From: Squalus acanthias
Lineage: Eukaryota
Length of the DNA stretch: 64,000 nt
Direction of reading: 5' to 3'
Assembly (NCBI GenBank): GCA_030390025.1
Contig: CM059432.1
Span: forward strand, 44,208,001 to 44,272,000
The position numbers and the translations under genes were made by a program. This document shows positions 26,040 to 39,459 of the stretch, in pieces. Within the stretch, counting starts at the first letter, position 1. The number at the start of each line of letters is the position of its first letter. Under the pieces are notes generated by a model that worked only from the letters and a program-made list of their open reading frames with translations, did not search any database and was not told the origin of the DNA.

Positions 26040-27150
26040 GCGTAGGGCTGCCTTCGGGGCTGGGGGATTCGCGAGAGCAGCAAGGAAGACAGCAGAGAAC
26101 AGGAACAGCAGCCGTAAGAGGGAGGAGGAGGGCACAGTGCAGGAGGCCATATCCACAGCGGGTTTTCAGGGAGTGCTTCTCCTACATTAACTTTACTGAG
26201 GAGCAATGTCTGAGGTGCCTTCACTTGACAAAGGAGGCTGTCACCGAACTATGTCACCTGCTGCAGCTGCAACTCGAGCTTCGCACCAGGTCATGGACAG
26301 CACTGTGGCTGTCAAGGTCATTCTGGCCCTTAACTTTTATGCCACGGGCACCTTTCAGGCTGCAGCAGGTGACATTGTCGACATTGTCAACATATCACAG
26401 TTTGCAGTCTACCGCTGAGGTCACTGAGGCGCTCTACACCAGGAGGAGCACCTACATCTTATTCCCCATGGACACAGCTATGCAGGATAGGAGCATACTA
26501 GGCTTCGCTCGCATAGCAGACTTCCTCATGGTGCAAAGTGCAATAGACTGCACCCACATTGCTTTACGTGCTCCCTGACATTTTTATCATTTGTAAGGGA
26601 TTCCACTCCCCAACGTACAACTAGTTTGTGACCATGGGCAGTGTATCATGCATGTCTCTGCTCGATATCCTGGCAGCAGTCATGACTCTTTCATCCTGCA
26701 CTAGTATTCTGTGCTGCCTTTATTCCAACCAGGCTGTCGAGTTGCAGGCTGGCTACTTGGCGACCAGGGATATCCCCCTTTGGACATGCCTCATGACTCC
26801 TGCCAGGAACCCAGACATCGCTGCACAGTTGACCTACAAAAAGAGCCATGCTGCCACCAGAAACATGTTGACCAAACAAATGGCGAGCTCAAGCAACGCT
26901 TCCACTGCCTGGACCATTCTGGAGGAGCTTTGCAGTGCAACTCTAAGCGGGTATCTAGATTTGTGGTCATCTGCTGCATGCTCCCCAATCTTGCCATCTT
27001 GAGGGACCAGCTTTTACCACAACCTGGGCAACCAGAACAGCAGCAGGCACAGGAGGAGGATCATTAAGAGGAGGAGGATAGGCATCGACTTCCAATGCTA
27101 CTAGCTGCTGGAACTCTCGGAGACCAGCTAATCAAGGAATGCTTCACCTA
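26040..27150 (+). pseudogene. HARBI1-like Harbinger DDE transposase, frameshifted
   Basis: VAVKVILALNFYATGTFQ, AIDCTHIALRAP, NVQLVCDH..ARYPGSSHDSFIL, GWLLGDQGYP, LKQRFHCLDHSGGAL..CCML. Confidence 0.92.
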
Positions 27151-27399
27151 AACGATCCCTCAAATCCCCAATACACCAACAGTCCTGCAATCCTTACCAC
27201 CTTCCTTGCTACCCTATCCAATTGTCTTCTTTCACTATAGCCTTATGGGTCGTACCCTCCCTTCACTCCAAGTATAAACACTAACACCAAATCTAGAACA
27301 GAAAAACAAATTTATCAAAGGACTTAGTACATCCTTATATAACAGTTAACGGAAATAATTAAAAATCACCTTTATGGGAGCCCTTAGTGCCTGTCTTGC

Positions 27400-29215
27400 A
27401 TGCTCATTTCCCTATCCTAGTGCTACTATGAAGTGTTTCCCCAGTAGCTACAGCTTGGGAGGTGGAAGACTGCTGAGCTGTCATTGAGGACACTTCAGAT
27501 CAATGAGGGAACTTTCTCTGCAGGTAACCACACATACATCCAGCCCAGCAAGCTCCGCAAATGATTGAAGACTCCAAATGGTCTGCTGCGTGACCTCAAG
27601 CAGCACTGGGCTTAGAGGGCCTCTCTCTAGACTGCATTATCTCATCATGAACTGGCCCAGCTGGCTGTGTGACTCTAACGAGGGCACTGGCAGAGTGGCT
27701 GGAGGAAGAGCAGGCTTGCTGTCCTCCTGAGAGAGGACTGCAGGTGGCTCTCCCATGTAGTCAAGGCTGCTCTCCTGGGATGGCGCCTCCGCACACCTAC
27801 AGTTCTGCATGAAAAAGGAGTGCAGGACTGCTGAGACACTTCGGAGGCCTCTGTCAACATTGGCACCTAGAGCCAAGCTGGCAGCCATCTGAGCTTCCAT
27901 GGCAGTAGTGTGTGTTGCCATGGAAGCTGTCAGAGCTTTCAGCAGAGGCTCCATCATTGTGTTGATGGAGCTGACCGCTCATACCATGTTGTACTGTATG
28001 GTTTCCACACTCTGCACGAACCTGACACAAGTTAGAGCTGGATTTCTTCATTCTCTGCCATTGTGTGCAAACTCGCTGGCAAGCAACCAAGTGCACCTAG
28101 CATCTCCTGGTAAATGCCCATCGGCCTTTGTCAGTAGGCTGGGCCGTCGAAGTCAGCATCGGAGTCTTTTGCAGCAGAGCTAGTTTGTGATCTCACTCTC
28201 TGGCGAGCTGGCACCTGTGGCGTCCTATCCCCCTGCCCTAGCTCCTGCACACTGTGTGCGATGATTCACTACGTGAAGACTCCTCCTCTAGCCTAGCCTC
28301 TAAAGTGCGCGTGGTGCTAGTATATGAGCTGGTGCTTCCGAGGGTCAGATTGACTGATGCCTCGACTTCCAGAAGGCTGGCCTCCTCTTCCTTCACTGGA
28401 AGAGGTATCTCCACATCTTCACCTGAAATGAAAGAGAGGGACGAGGGGTAGCTTTCAGTGTGATGTGAGAGCCGAGAGAGAGAAGCGGATGTTGTAAGAA
28501 TCTGCAGTTTGCCCAGTAGGGTGAGTTAGAGGTAAGGGAAAAAGAAGAAAAGGTGCGAGAAAATTCTATGTGGCATCTCCTCCAGCGTTCCTAGTAGCCA
28601 CGGCCATGACTCTTACCCCTACCAGCATGCTTTCTTCGAGGGGTGAATGTGTGCAGATGGGCCCGGTCTTTTTTAGTGGCAGCTTGTGCTCAGGAGTTTC
28701 ACGCCACCTTCTCCTGCAAGAAAGAAGTTGAGTGCGATAGTGAGAATCTTGTGAGGAGTTTCAAGAATGTGCCTGTAATGGTTGAATATCTGGTATGCAG
28801 TGTGTCAAATGTGAGTTATGGGGAAGTGAGTTTTGGAGTAGTGGTGAGTGTGAGGATAAGGAGGTGTAGGGAAGTGTGGTGCAGTGATTGTAGGAGAGAG
28901 TAGAGGGAGGGGAGAGAGGTGGGGGAGGGGAGTATTGTGAGTAGTGAGGCTGTAGATGGTGGGGTGTAGCATGGAGTAATAGAGCAGTATCTGACCTTGA
29001 CATCTGTAGTCAGGTCATTATATTCTTGGAGCTAAGCTCATGGCATTGACTTGCTCTGCCTGCCATTTCTTCTTACTGCCACCATAGTTGATGCCTGGAG
29101 GGCTTCCTACCCCCCTGGGGGAAAGAGGATATACCTCCTCCTGTCAGTGCTTGGACCAGTGCCTCTAAGGCAGCAAAGGTGAATCTAATGGCATGATCTG
29201 TAGGTTTAGCAGCAA
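27400..29215 (-). pseudogene. Spliced Myb/SANT-like partner gene of the same Harbinger, convergent with the transposase
   Basis: IRFTFAALEALVQA start. Acceptor ttcttgcag|GAGAAG at about 28712 is conserved with about 45670. C-terminal ORF 27637-27957 is homologous to 44611-44874. Confidence 0.7.
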
Positions 29216-29354
29216 TTTTTTCTCTCGAAAGAAACTTCCTCTGTTGCCTGCAACTAGAGTGCACCTCCCCTTTTAAGAGATGCTGACTGCCTTTAAGTGG
29301 TGTCCGTGAAGTCTGATATCCGGGCCACCAAACAGGCGGCAGCCAATGCGTAAA

Positions 29355-29662
29355 GTTCACTTTGTGTAGTAAAAAAGATTAGGAAATCTAAGGCCAAGAA
29401 ATTCGATATTGCCCAAAACAGGTGTGCATAGGGTGGGGCGTGCACTGCACGTACCTGTTAGCGTCGACTCAGACAGCATGCGTACTGCAGTTAGAGGTGA
29501 CTGCACGCCTGAATCAGCAGGCAGCACAAATATTATGTACCGTCTGCGTCAACACTAACAGGCGCGTGCAGTGCTTGCCACACCCCCTGCCTGCCTGTTT
29601 TGGGCAATAGTGTATTTCTAGGCCTTAGATTTTCCTAATCTTTTTTACTACGCAAAGTGAAC
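29355..29662. repeat. About 308-bp near-palindrome made of Harbinger termini plus an inverted-duplicated flank
   Basis: 29355-29422 is the reverse complement of 29594-29662 with few mismatches; looser pairing continues inward to arms of about 125 bp. Confidence 0.85.
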
Positions 29663-29904
29663 GTTGTGGAATATACCTCTTGCATTTCTTTCCGTTGCTT
29701 GCTGCTGTTTTTCTGGAATTCAACACTCCCTTGATGCCACCAGTTGCCCTCTGCAGCAGAAGCATTCCATTGGACCCACCACTTCGTCTTGCAGCTGCTG
29801 ATGTTGGAACACCTCTGTGAAAGCACTCCTTACCCCCACCTTCAACCAGTATGTTACCTTCCATCTTCCTGCATATCCTGAGCCTTAAAAAAAAAAAGTA
29901 GAAG

Positions 29905-30787
29905 TTAGATAATCTGCAAAGGGATATAGACAGGCTAGGTGAGTGGGCAAACATTTGGCAGATGGAGTATAATGTGGGAAAGTGCAAGGTTATCCACTTT
30001 GGCAGCAAAAATAAAAAAGCAAACTATTATTTAAATGGAGAGAGATTACAAAATGTTACAGTTCAGAGGGACCTGGGGGTCCTTGTGCATGAAACACAAA
30101 AAGTTAGCATGCAGGTACAGCAAGTAATCAGAAAGGCAAATGGAATGTTGGCCTTTATTTCAAGGGGGTTGGAGTATAAAAGCAGGGAAGTTCTGCTACA
30201 ACTGTACAAGGTATTGGTGAGACCACACCTTGAGTACTGCGTACAGTTTTGGTCTCCTTATTTAAGGAAGGATATACTTGCATTGGAGGCAGTTAAGAGA
30301 CGATTCACTAGGTTAATTCCAGAGATGAGGGGGTTGACTTATGAGGGAAGGTTGAGCAGGCTGGGCCTATACTCATTGGAATTTAGAAGAATGAGAGGTG
30401 ATCTTATCAAAACATATAAGATACTGAGGGGGCTCGACAGGGTAGATGCAGAGAGGATGTTTCCCCTCATGGGGAAATCTAGAACTCGGGAGCACAGTCT
30501 CAGAATAAAGGGTCGCCCTTTTAGAACTGAGATGAGGAGGAACTTCTTCTCTCAGAGGGTCGTAAATTTGTGGAATTCTCTGCCCCAGAGAGCTGTGGAG
30601 GCTGGGTCATTAAATACATTTAAAGTGGAGATAGACAAATTTTTGCAAGATAAGGGAGTGAAGGGTTATGGGGAGCAGGCTGGGAAGTGGCTTTGAGCCC
30701 TGGATCAGCCATGATCTTATTGAATGGCGGAGCAGGCTCGAGGGGCCCAGTGGCCTATTCCTGCTCCTATTTCTTATGTTCTTATGT
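29905..30787 (+). mobile_element. 5'-truncated CR1 LINE with an open ORF2 C-terminus
   Basis: ORF 29962-30696 (244 aa); tail TTCTTATGTTCTTATG. Confidence 0.95.
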
Positions 30788-32249
30788 GCATACAGACACT
30801 GGTAACAAAAGAAAGGAAACAGAGGGGAAGATAGAAACAATGATGTGTTCCACAAACAGTGGCACCAGGAATACTGCATTGGGGAGTAGTAGCTGACTTC
30901 GTACCATAATGTGAGGTCAACTAATTTAAATATTTTAATACCTCCCAGCACTTGGTGCATGACGAACTGGAAGTGCTTAGAGGTTAGCGACAGAATTTCA
31001 GTTGCCACTGATGGCTGTCCTTAAAGGCACACTTTTGCCTAGTGTCAAAAATGGTTGGGAGATAAAACATTTTTTTAATGATCACGTGTTGGAGGTGCTG
31101 CTTTAGGTGGTCCTGTTGTGAAATGTGGCCCTGTTTGGGAGAGAGGACATTCTGTAACAGAGTCTCGCCTGAACAGCAGGGAAAAGGTGACGGAGGACAC
31201 CAATGCAGTCTCACCTGTGGCTCAAATCTGGGAGCGGGAGAGGAAGCAATTTTCTGGGCATGCAATGTTGTCAAAGTAAGTATGACAACATCCTAATAGA
31301 TTGTCTTGCTAAGCATCTTTATTACTCTTCACTGCAAACTTAATGTAACACTGTGACTGAGAATGTAGTGAACTTCAGCAGCTGTTCAATGTAGCACAGA
31401 GCATGAGTGAAGAAGAGCAATTGCAGGAGATGCAACCTGCTGGGTGGAGGTCCAGCTCCAAGGTTTCTTCAATATAGGCATAACTACCATAACAAATCTA
31501 TTGATTGGGGCTACACAGACCTTGGTCTGTCGTTTACAGCAGTCTGCCTTGTCTGGATTCACTAGGATGGAAATTCGATAGAGACAACCATCACGCATGG
31601 CTCAAGTCTTATGTAGCTGTCTGTTTTCATACAGATCTATAACTACATTGAGGGATTCCCCTCAGAAGCTGCCATGGGTGATTGAGATGTCTCAGGATGA
31701 CGCCACATCCATAACCTCCTGCTATCTAATGCAAATGATTACTGATGTGTCCCTGAAAATACAGGCCCTGACAGCCCATGAAGACACACAAAGACACCCA
31801 ACAGATATCCACATCACTTCCTCCTCCCACTGGAGGAACAACTTAGATGGAGCACATAGTTAGGAAGTAGAAGATATACACCATACATTTTCATAAAAGA
31901 GAAGCCTGCTGAACACACCTGCACCATACATTGTAAACTTTAATACACATTTGATTGACTGATCCTCTGTGTCCTGCCAGTTATTCTAGAATGGGGCACT
32001 TGAAGGTGGTTGTGGAGAAAAGGTGTTGCATTCATGGGTCCGGATATAGGGCTTGGCTCAATGGAGAGAAGGTTTCATTTGGCAAGGGTATTGGGCACAT
32101 GTGGAGATGACTGTTATTCTTTGGAAATATAAGGCAAGTAAGTAATGGTTTGATTTTCTGGATCCTGCCTGATGACTTTTACTGACTAAGTTGATTGTTG
32201 TACTGCTGATCCTTTTATGTTCTGGTCAGGCTCATCTGTTTGTATCTGC

Positions 32250-32950
32250 CTTTCCTCTACCTGTCTGCTCTATATTTAGGTCCCTTTTGTAAGGAAAATT
32301 TTTGCAGGATACAGTTGGCTACAATAATCTGTAGTATTCCCCCTGATCTACCCAAGCATCGGACTCACTGCTTGAAGACTCTGATGAAAGCATGGGCCAG
32401 TTTGTACCTCTCCTTAGATGCAGTAATGTAATAATAATCCACAGCTGCAGTGCACATCCTTGGTCCTCCTATAGCCATCTCTGGAGTCTTGGCCCTTCAA
32501 ATAATGTTGGCACTGTAGTTTGTAATAGGATGAGAGAATCATGGAAACTGCCAAGGTATATTTATAATTCTGTTATACTTACAGACCATCTGTACACTAA
32601 GAGAGTGGTAGCCCTTTCTATTCATGAATTAAGTTGCATTGGGGATAGGGGCATCGGGGATTATGGTCTCGTGAGTTCAATCAATTACATGCTGGACTTG
32701 CTCGAATCCTGCCACAGAGTAGAAGTGGAGGGCTCTTTCCTGCTGCTATCTGTTTTTCAAATGAAAATTGATGAAGTCACCAGTCCCCAGTGTGGCATTA
32801 GTGACCTCCATTTAAAAAATGCACTGAAGATTGGGAGATATAACTGAGATTTCTCGTGTTTTCTTGGAAAGAGCCTGCCACAGAAAAGCTGAATGCACCA
32901 GTAACATTCACAGTTACTGACAGAAAATCACGAGGAACATGTGTGTGATT
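32250..32950 (-). pseudogene. Very degraded Harbinger transposase remnant
   Basis: Minus strand MNRKGYHSLSVQMVC..GSFHDSLIL at about 32525-32626. Confidence 0.65.
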
Positions 32951-33469
32951 TCCCACTATTTGGTCCCAATGGTGCGCCAACCCCATTTCTTAAAATCAGC
33001 CTTATATTTATTTTTGTTCTTGAGCTGCGCTGTGTGACATCCATTATATTAGTTCATTCTCCCGTCATTATAAAATAATATATACACTGATTCATCATGC
33101 TACTGGAGATCTGCTAGTATTTATGTTATATGCCAACTATCTTTGACTAGAATGATTGAATGAGGCACCACCCCTTCTTAAAATAACTGAATATAGCACC
33201 TTCCACTCAAACAAAATGGGTTCATAATAGTTCCTTCATAATTTTATGTTTGATGAAAATATTTGGAAGTCCAACCTAATTAAGCAATTGTTCACTTTTC
33301 CTCACTTGAATCTATGTGGTCCTGCATAAGTTGTTGGATCCTCCTAATGAATCTATGACTGCATGTGCCTAGATTCAAAACAACACGGCGCCCTCTAAAG
33401 GGCATCTGGGACCTGTGTGAACAGGGCAAGCAATGGTGTGTCTCCTTATCCAATTCAGTTAATTAAATA

Positions 33470-33838
33470 AATCTGGAATAAAAAGCTAGTGTCAGTAATG
33501 GTGACTATGAAACTACTGGATTGTCGTAAAAACCAATCTGGTTCACTAATGTCCTTTAGGGAAGGAAATCTGCTGTCCTTACCTGGCCCGGCCTATATGT
33601 GGCTCTAGACCCACAGCATTGTAGTTGACTCTTAACTGCCCTCTGAAATCGCCTAGCAAGCCACTCAGTTGTACCAAACTACTACAAAGATGTATAACAG
33701 CACTGTGGGAGTACCTTCACCACATGGACTGCAGCGGTTCAAGGTGGTTCACCACCACCTTCTTGACCACAATTAGGGATGGGCAATAAATGCTGGCCAT
33801 CGATGCCCACATCCCGTGAACGAATAGGGAAAAAAAAA
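33470..33838 (+). mobile_element. 5'-truncated SINE with a Meta-domain-like core and LINE-derived tail
   Basis: GATTGTCGTAAAAACCAATCTGGTTCACTAATGTCCTTTAGGGAAGGAAATCTGC core (domain name from recall). Tail shared with 892-1194. A related degraded copy lies at about 41900-42160 on the minus strand. Confidence 0.6.
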
Positions 33839-33864
33839 TTAAAGAATCCTTACCGAGACACGCA

Positions 33865-34650
33865 GGGGACTAATTTCGATAGCCCACGAAAACGGGCGTG
33901 GGTATCGCGATGCGCAATTAGCCCACGTCCGATGCAGGCAGCACGTAAACTTCATGCTGACTGCTAATATAAATGATAGTAGCGTGCAGTTCAGCACTAA
34001 ATGCGCTGTTGAGTGGCTGTATGCCTCAGCAGGGGACCCAAGTTCGTGCGAGGCACTTAAAGCTAGCCTGCACCATTAAAGCCAGCCTGCACCTCTTAAA
34101 GGGAAGGTGCATTTTGGCTGGAGCAGGTGCTGGAATTGGCTGGGAAAGATATTCTGAGCAGGAGGAAGACATACTAATTGGCACAACAGGGGAGAGTGCG
34201 GGCTCCAAGATTTTCCGACGCAGCATTGGAGCAGGAGGAGAGAGGTCCTCTAACCACAGGGGGCCAGGCAACCTGTGAGAAGGCAATGGGAGCAGATAGC
34301 CGTCATGGTCAATGCCAGCAGTGTAGCCCCGAGGACCTGGGTGCAATGCCGCAAGAAGTTTAATGACCTTACACGAGTGTACAAGGTCAGTAAATCCATC
34401 TTCAAATGCCATATCCTTACAACTGAACCACTAGGCTCAGACACTGCTCAATTCACCACCCCGCTTCACTCACCTACCAACAAGCTCTATCAATCACGAC
34501 TCATACCTTACATTCATAGCTTCACCTCACCCTCACTCACTTAGCACTGCTGCACGCCTCATACCTACATCTCAGACCTTGCACTGACTGCCAGCTATTC
34601 AACCATGACAGGCACATCACCCAAACACATTGCACCACACTAATATCAGG
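33865..34650 (+). mobile_element. Harbinger terminus with the 5' part of a Myb/SANT-like gene
   Basis: Starts GGGGACTAATTTC; encodes RAPRFSDAALE and RRQWEQIAVMVNASSVAPRTWVQCRKKFNDLTRV. Confidence 0.8.
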
Positions 34651-35442
34651 AACGGTAGCAAAGTCCAAGGGACGTAGATTTGAATGTCTTTGGCGAACAA
34701 CTGGTTTAACCATCCATCACCAGATCTGGCTGAATCACAAAGCATTATCAGGTCCTGCTCTCCATCACTAAAACTGCCCACTATTTTAAGATCATCCAGG
34801 AAGGCAAAGATAACACCCGGCTTCTCTTCACCACAAACCATCTTCTCAACCACCGTCCCCTGCTTCTAACAATAAATGGAGGAGCTCATGGACTTCGTGA
34901 CCATCTGTTCAGCTGCCTCTGCTGCTTCCCTCCTGTCCCCTAGCCCACCGGGTCTAACTTGCTCTAAGGTTCCCCCTGGCCCTAACCCTGAATTTGCATA
35001 TTTCTTTAGTTTCTCTCTTATCTCCCTTCATGCCCTCTCAGAGTCATCTTGTCGATGAGACCCACCTCCTGCTCTCTCGATCCTATTCCCACTAAACTGC
35101 TGACCATCCAACTTCCCTTCCTGGCTCCCACGTTGGCTGATATTGTGAACGGTTCTCTCTCCTCGGGTACTGTCCCCCTCTCCTTCAAATCTGCCATCAT
35201 CACTCCTCTCCTCAAAAAAGCAACCCTTGAATTCCTCTGTCCGTGCAAACTACTGCCCCATTTCCAACCTCCCTATGCTCTCCAAAGTCCTTGAACGTGT
35301 TGGCGCCTCCCAAATCCGTGCTTATCTTTCGCCGAACTCAGTGTTTGAATCCCTCCAATCAGGTTTCTGCCCCGCCACAGTACTGAATCGGCTCTTACCA
35401 AAGTCACAAATAACATTCTAGTTGACTGTGACAAAAGTAAAC

Positions 35443-36806
35443 CCAGCAACTACAGGCCAGTCAGTTTAACCTCGGTAGTGGGGAAGCTTTTGGAAACGAT
35501 AATCAGGGACAAAGTTAACAGTCACTTGGACAAGTGTGGATTAATTAAGGAAAACCAGCACGGATTTGGTAAAGGCAAATCGTGTTTAACTAACCTGATC
35601 GAGTTTTTTGATGAGGTAACATGAGGGCAATGCGGTTGACGTGGTGTACATGGACTTCCAAAAGGCGTTTGATAAAGTGCCACGTAATAGGCTTGCCAGC
35701 AAAGTTGAAGCCCATGGAATAAAAGGGGCAGTGGCAGCATGGATACGAAATTGGCTAAGTGACGAAACCGATAGTAGTGGTGAACGGTTGTTTTTTGGAC
35801 TGGAGGAAGGTATACAATGGTGTTCCCCAGGGGATGGTACCAGGACCACTGCTTTTCTTGATATATATTAATGACTTAGACTTGGGAGTACAGGGCACAA
35901 TTTCAAAATTTGCAGATGACACAAAACTTGGAAGTATAGTAAACAGCGAGGAGGATAGTGATAGCCTTCAAGAGGACATAGACAGGCTGGTGAAATGGGT
36001 GGACACGTGGCAGATGAAATTTAATGCAGAAAAGTGCAAAGTGATACATTTAGGTAGGAAGAATGAGGAGAGGCAATATAAACTAAGGGGTACAATCCTA
36101 AAGGGGGTGCAAGAGAGACCTGTGGGTATATGTGCACAAATTGTTGAAGGTGGCGGGGCAGGTTGAGAAAGCGGTTAAAAAAGCATAAGGGATCCTGGGC
36201 TTCATAAATAGAGGCATAAAGTGCAAAAGCAAGGAAGTTATGATGAACCTTTATAAAACACTGGTTCAGCCTCAACTGGAGTATTGTGTCCAATTCTGGG
36301 CACAGCACTTTAGGAAGGATGTGAAGGCCTTAGAGAGGGTGCAGAAAAGATTTACGAGAATGATTCCAGAGATGAGGAACTTCAGTTATGTGGATAGACT
36401 AGAGAGGCTGGGGTTGTTCTCCTTAGAGCAGAGAAGGTTTAGAGTAGTTTTGATAGAGGTATTCAAAATCATAAGGGGTCTGAACAGAGTAAATAGAGAG
36501 AAACTGTTCCCATTGGCAGAAGAGTCGAGAACCAGAGGACACAAATTCAAGGTGATTGGCAAAAGAACCAAAGGTGACATGAGGAAAAACTTTTTTACTC
36601 AGCGAGTGGTTAGGATCTGGAATGCACTGCCTGAAAGGGTGGTGGAGGCAGACTCAATTGTGGCTTTCAAAAGGGAATTAGAAAAGTACCTGAAGGAAAA
36701 AGGCTACGGGGAGTGGGACTAGCTGAAGTGCTCTTGCAGAGAGCCAGCACGGGCTCGACGGGCTGAATGGCCTCCTTCTGTGCTGTAACCATTCTATGAT
36801 TCTATG
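35443..36806 (+). mobile_element. CR1 LINE inserted into the L2
   Basis: NYRPVSLT through ORF 36240-36722; (ATTCTATG)2 tail; L2 frame resumes at 36807. Confidence 0.93.
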
Positions 36807-37236
36807 AACTATCCCTCCTCATCCTTCTGGACCTGTCTGCAGCCTTTGACATGGTTGACCACACAATTCTGCTCTAACGCCTTTCCACCATTGCTGGGTG
36901 GGAATGCATTCGCCTGGTTCCATTCTTATCTATCCGATTGTAGCTTGAGAATCACCTGCAATAGCTTCTCTTCCCACTCCCGCACTGTTACCTCTGGAGT
37001 CCCACAAGGATCTATCCTTGGCTCCCTCCTTTCTCATCTACATGCTGCCCCTCGGCGACATCATCTGACAATACAGCATCAGTTTCCACATGTACGCTGA
37101 CGATACCCAGCTCTAGGTCACCTCCTCCTCTCTCGACCCATCCACTGTTTCTAAACTTTCAGATTGCTTGTATGACATCCAGTACTGGATGAGCGAAAAT
37201 TTCCTCCAACTAAATATTGGGAAGACTCGAGTCATT

Positions 37237-38653
37237 GGGCTGAATTTTCGGGGATGGTAGCAGGCAAGATAGGTGGCGGGTCGGGTGGGAAAGTTGTTAT
37301 TTTTGACTGGGTCGGGAATCCGCTGTCATCTCGCTCCCACGCACCTTTCCCCCAGGTGCGTCTGTCATCGCGGAGCCGACCCGATGGGCAGCGGCGGGGG
37401 ACCCAGTTGAGATGATTATCAGGTAGTTTACAGGCGCTTAAAAGCCTTTTTTCACTTTTTAAATTTCCCTGTATGGCCATGGGATTCACGCAGCTCGTGA
37501 AGCACATCTGTCAACCTGAGACGGGAGTTCCGTGGCCATAGCTCCAGCTGATTACGTGACAGCATGAAAAACAAACCAAAATAAAAACATTTTGATTACA
37601 TCAGCTAATAGATTGATGGAGATTCTGTTCTACTTGAAAAGCTACTGGTAAATGTTAATTCAGAAATTCCTGAAGGGATGTGAGTGCTGAAGGCTCCCCT
37701 CCTACCCTGGATGGTGAGGGAAATACATTTTTCACTGGCTATTCTCAGCTGTTGCCTTCCAACTCAACAGTAATTGCAGTGAATTGATCTGCACTATAAA
37801 ACATGACATATACCATTTAAATAAATGTTTGTGTTGTTTCTGGTCAGGTTTTTCTCACTGTATACTGTGATTGTCTAGTTACAGATTAAATCAAGTCATC
37901 AACTGTAACAATTTCATTCTCATCACTCATTCCACTGGTTCAATTTGCTTTCAGTCCCTGAATATAACTAATTTAATTTTTCAATCTGAGATTTTGGGGC
38001 TGAATTTCTGTGGAGCTTCTCTCACTTGTCCATTGTTAACTTAAGCGGAACAGCTGCAGAAATCCCAGAAACACATAAGCACCACTTACACTGTTTCAGG
38101 GTTTCCACAGCTCTTCCGCTGAACTTGCATAAGATTGTAAATCCACCCCTTTACAGTTACATTTAAAATCTGCTTAATTTTATATATTACCTATACACAC
38201 ATCTTTCATTTGTACCAGTTACTGATGCAAAAGTCTATAGATTTGTGACTAAAGCACCTATAACTTCACAATTAATGTACTTTTTTAATTATGTTCTTGA
38301 TCGTATTTGTAGATGGCGTCATATTACTTAATGATATTATTTAAATATTTCTTTGTCACTCATATATAACTTTTTATTATATTATGTAGAGTAAAGATTC
38401 AACACCCACTTTTAGATTAAACTTCAAATGTAATGTGGCCATGGTCCCTTTAAAGATCCCGGCTGAAAACGCATCATGAATGACGTCACCAGACCCGCTC
38501 CATCTAATTGGGCTGGGTAACGCACTAGGTGGGCTTAATAGGCCCCATTAAGGTAAATTCATTTTCAACAGCGGGATGAAGCCAGCAGCGGGGTCAGGAC
38601 CCGACATGGCCACCGCCCGCACCAGACCCGCCGAGGTAAAGAAAATTCCAGCC
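37237..38653. mobile_element. Non-autonomous Harbinger-type element (1417 bp) with ATT target duplication
   Basis: TIRs GGGCTGAATTTTC / GAAAATTCCAGCC. Host L2 reads gtcATT[element]ATTgtc. Contains a 154-bp MITE at 37996-38149 (GGGGCTGAATTT / AAATCCACCCC). Confidence 0.85.
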
Positions 38654-39459
38654 ATTGTCTTTGGTCCCCGCCACAAACTCCGTTCCCTTGCCACCGATTC
38701 CATCCCGCTCCCTGGCAACTATCTGAGACTGAACCAGACTGTTCACAACCTTGTTGTTATACTTGAACCTGAGATGAGCTTCCTACCACATATCCGTGCC
38801 ATCACTAAGACCGCCTATTTCCACCTCCGTAACATCGCCTGTCTTAACCCTTGCCTCAGCTTATCTGCTGCTGAAAACCTCATCCATGCCTTTGTTACCT
38901 CTAGACTTGACTATTACAATGCACTCCTGGCCGGCTTCCCGAGTTTTATTCTCCATAAACTTGAGGTCATCCAAAACTCAGCTGTTAGTGTTCTAACTCA
39001 CACCAAGTCTTGCTCACTCATCTCCCCTGTGCTCACTGACCTACATTGGCTCCCGGTTAAGCAACGCCTCGATTTTAAAATTCTCATTCTTGTTTTCAAA
39101 TCCCTCCATGGCCTCGCCCCTCCCTATCTCTGTAATCTCCTCCACCCTGCAACCCACAGAGATCTCTGCACTCCCCCAATTTTGGCCTCTTGACCATCCC
39201 CGATTTTAATCTCTCCACCATTGGCGGCCGTGCCTTAAGCTGCCTAGGTCCTAAGCTCTGGAATTCCCTCCCTAAACCTCTCCATCTCTCGTTCCTCTCT
39301 CAAGTCGCTCTTTAAAACCTACCTCTTTGATCAAGCTTTTGGTCATCTGCCCTAATATCTCCTTATGTGACTCAGTGTCAAATTTTGTTTGATAATGCTC
39401 CTTTGAAGCGCCATGGGATGTTTTAGTACTTTAACGGCACTATATAAATGCAAGTTGTT

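Noticed and set aside
26040..27150. Domesticated HARBI1 gene
   Set aside because: Multiple frameshifts and stops, and flanked by transposon architecture.
30800..32200. Unclassified, possibly TE-derived segment
   Set aside because: No motif, TIR or credible exon that I could support by eye.
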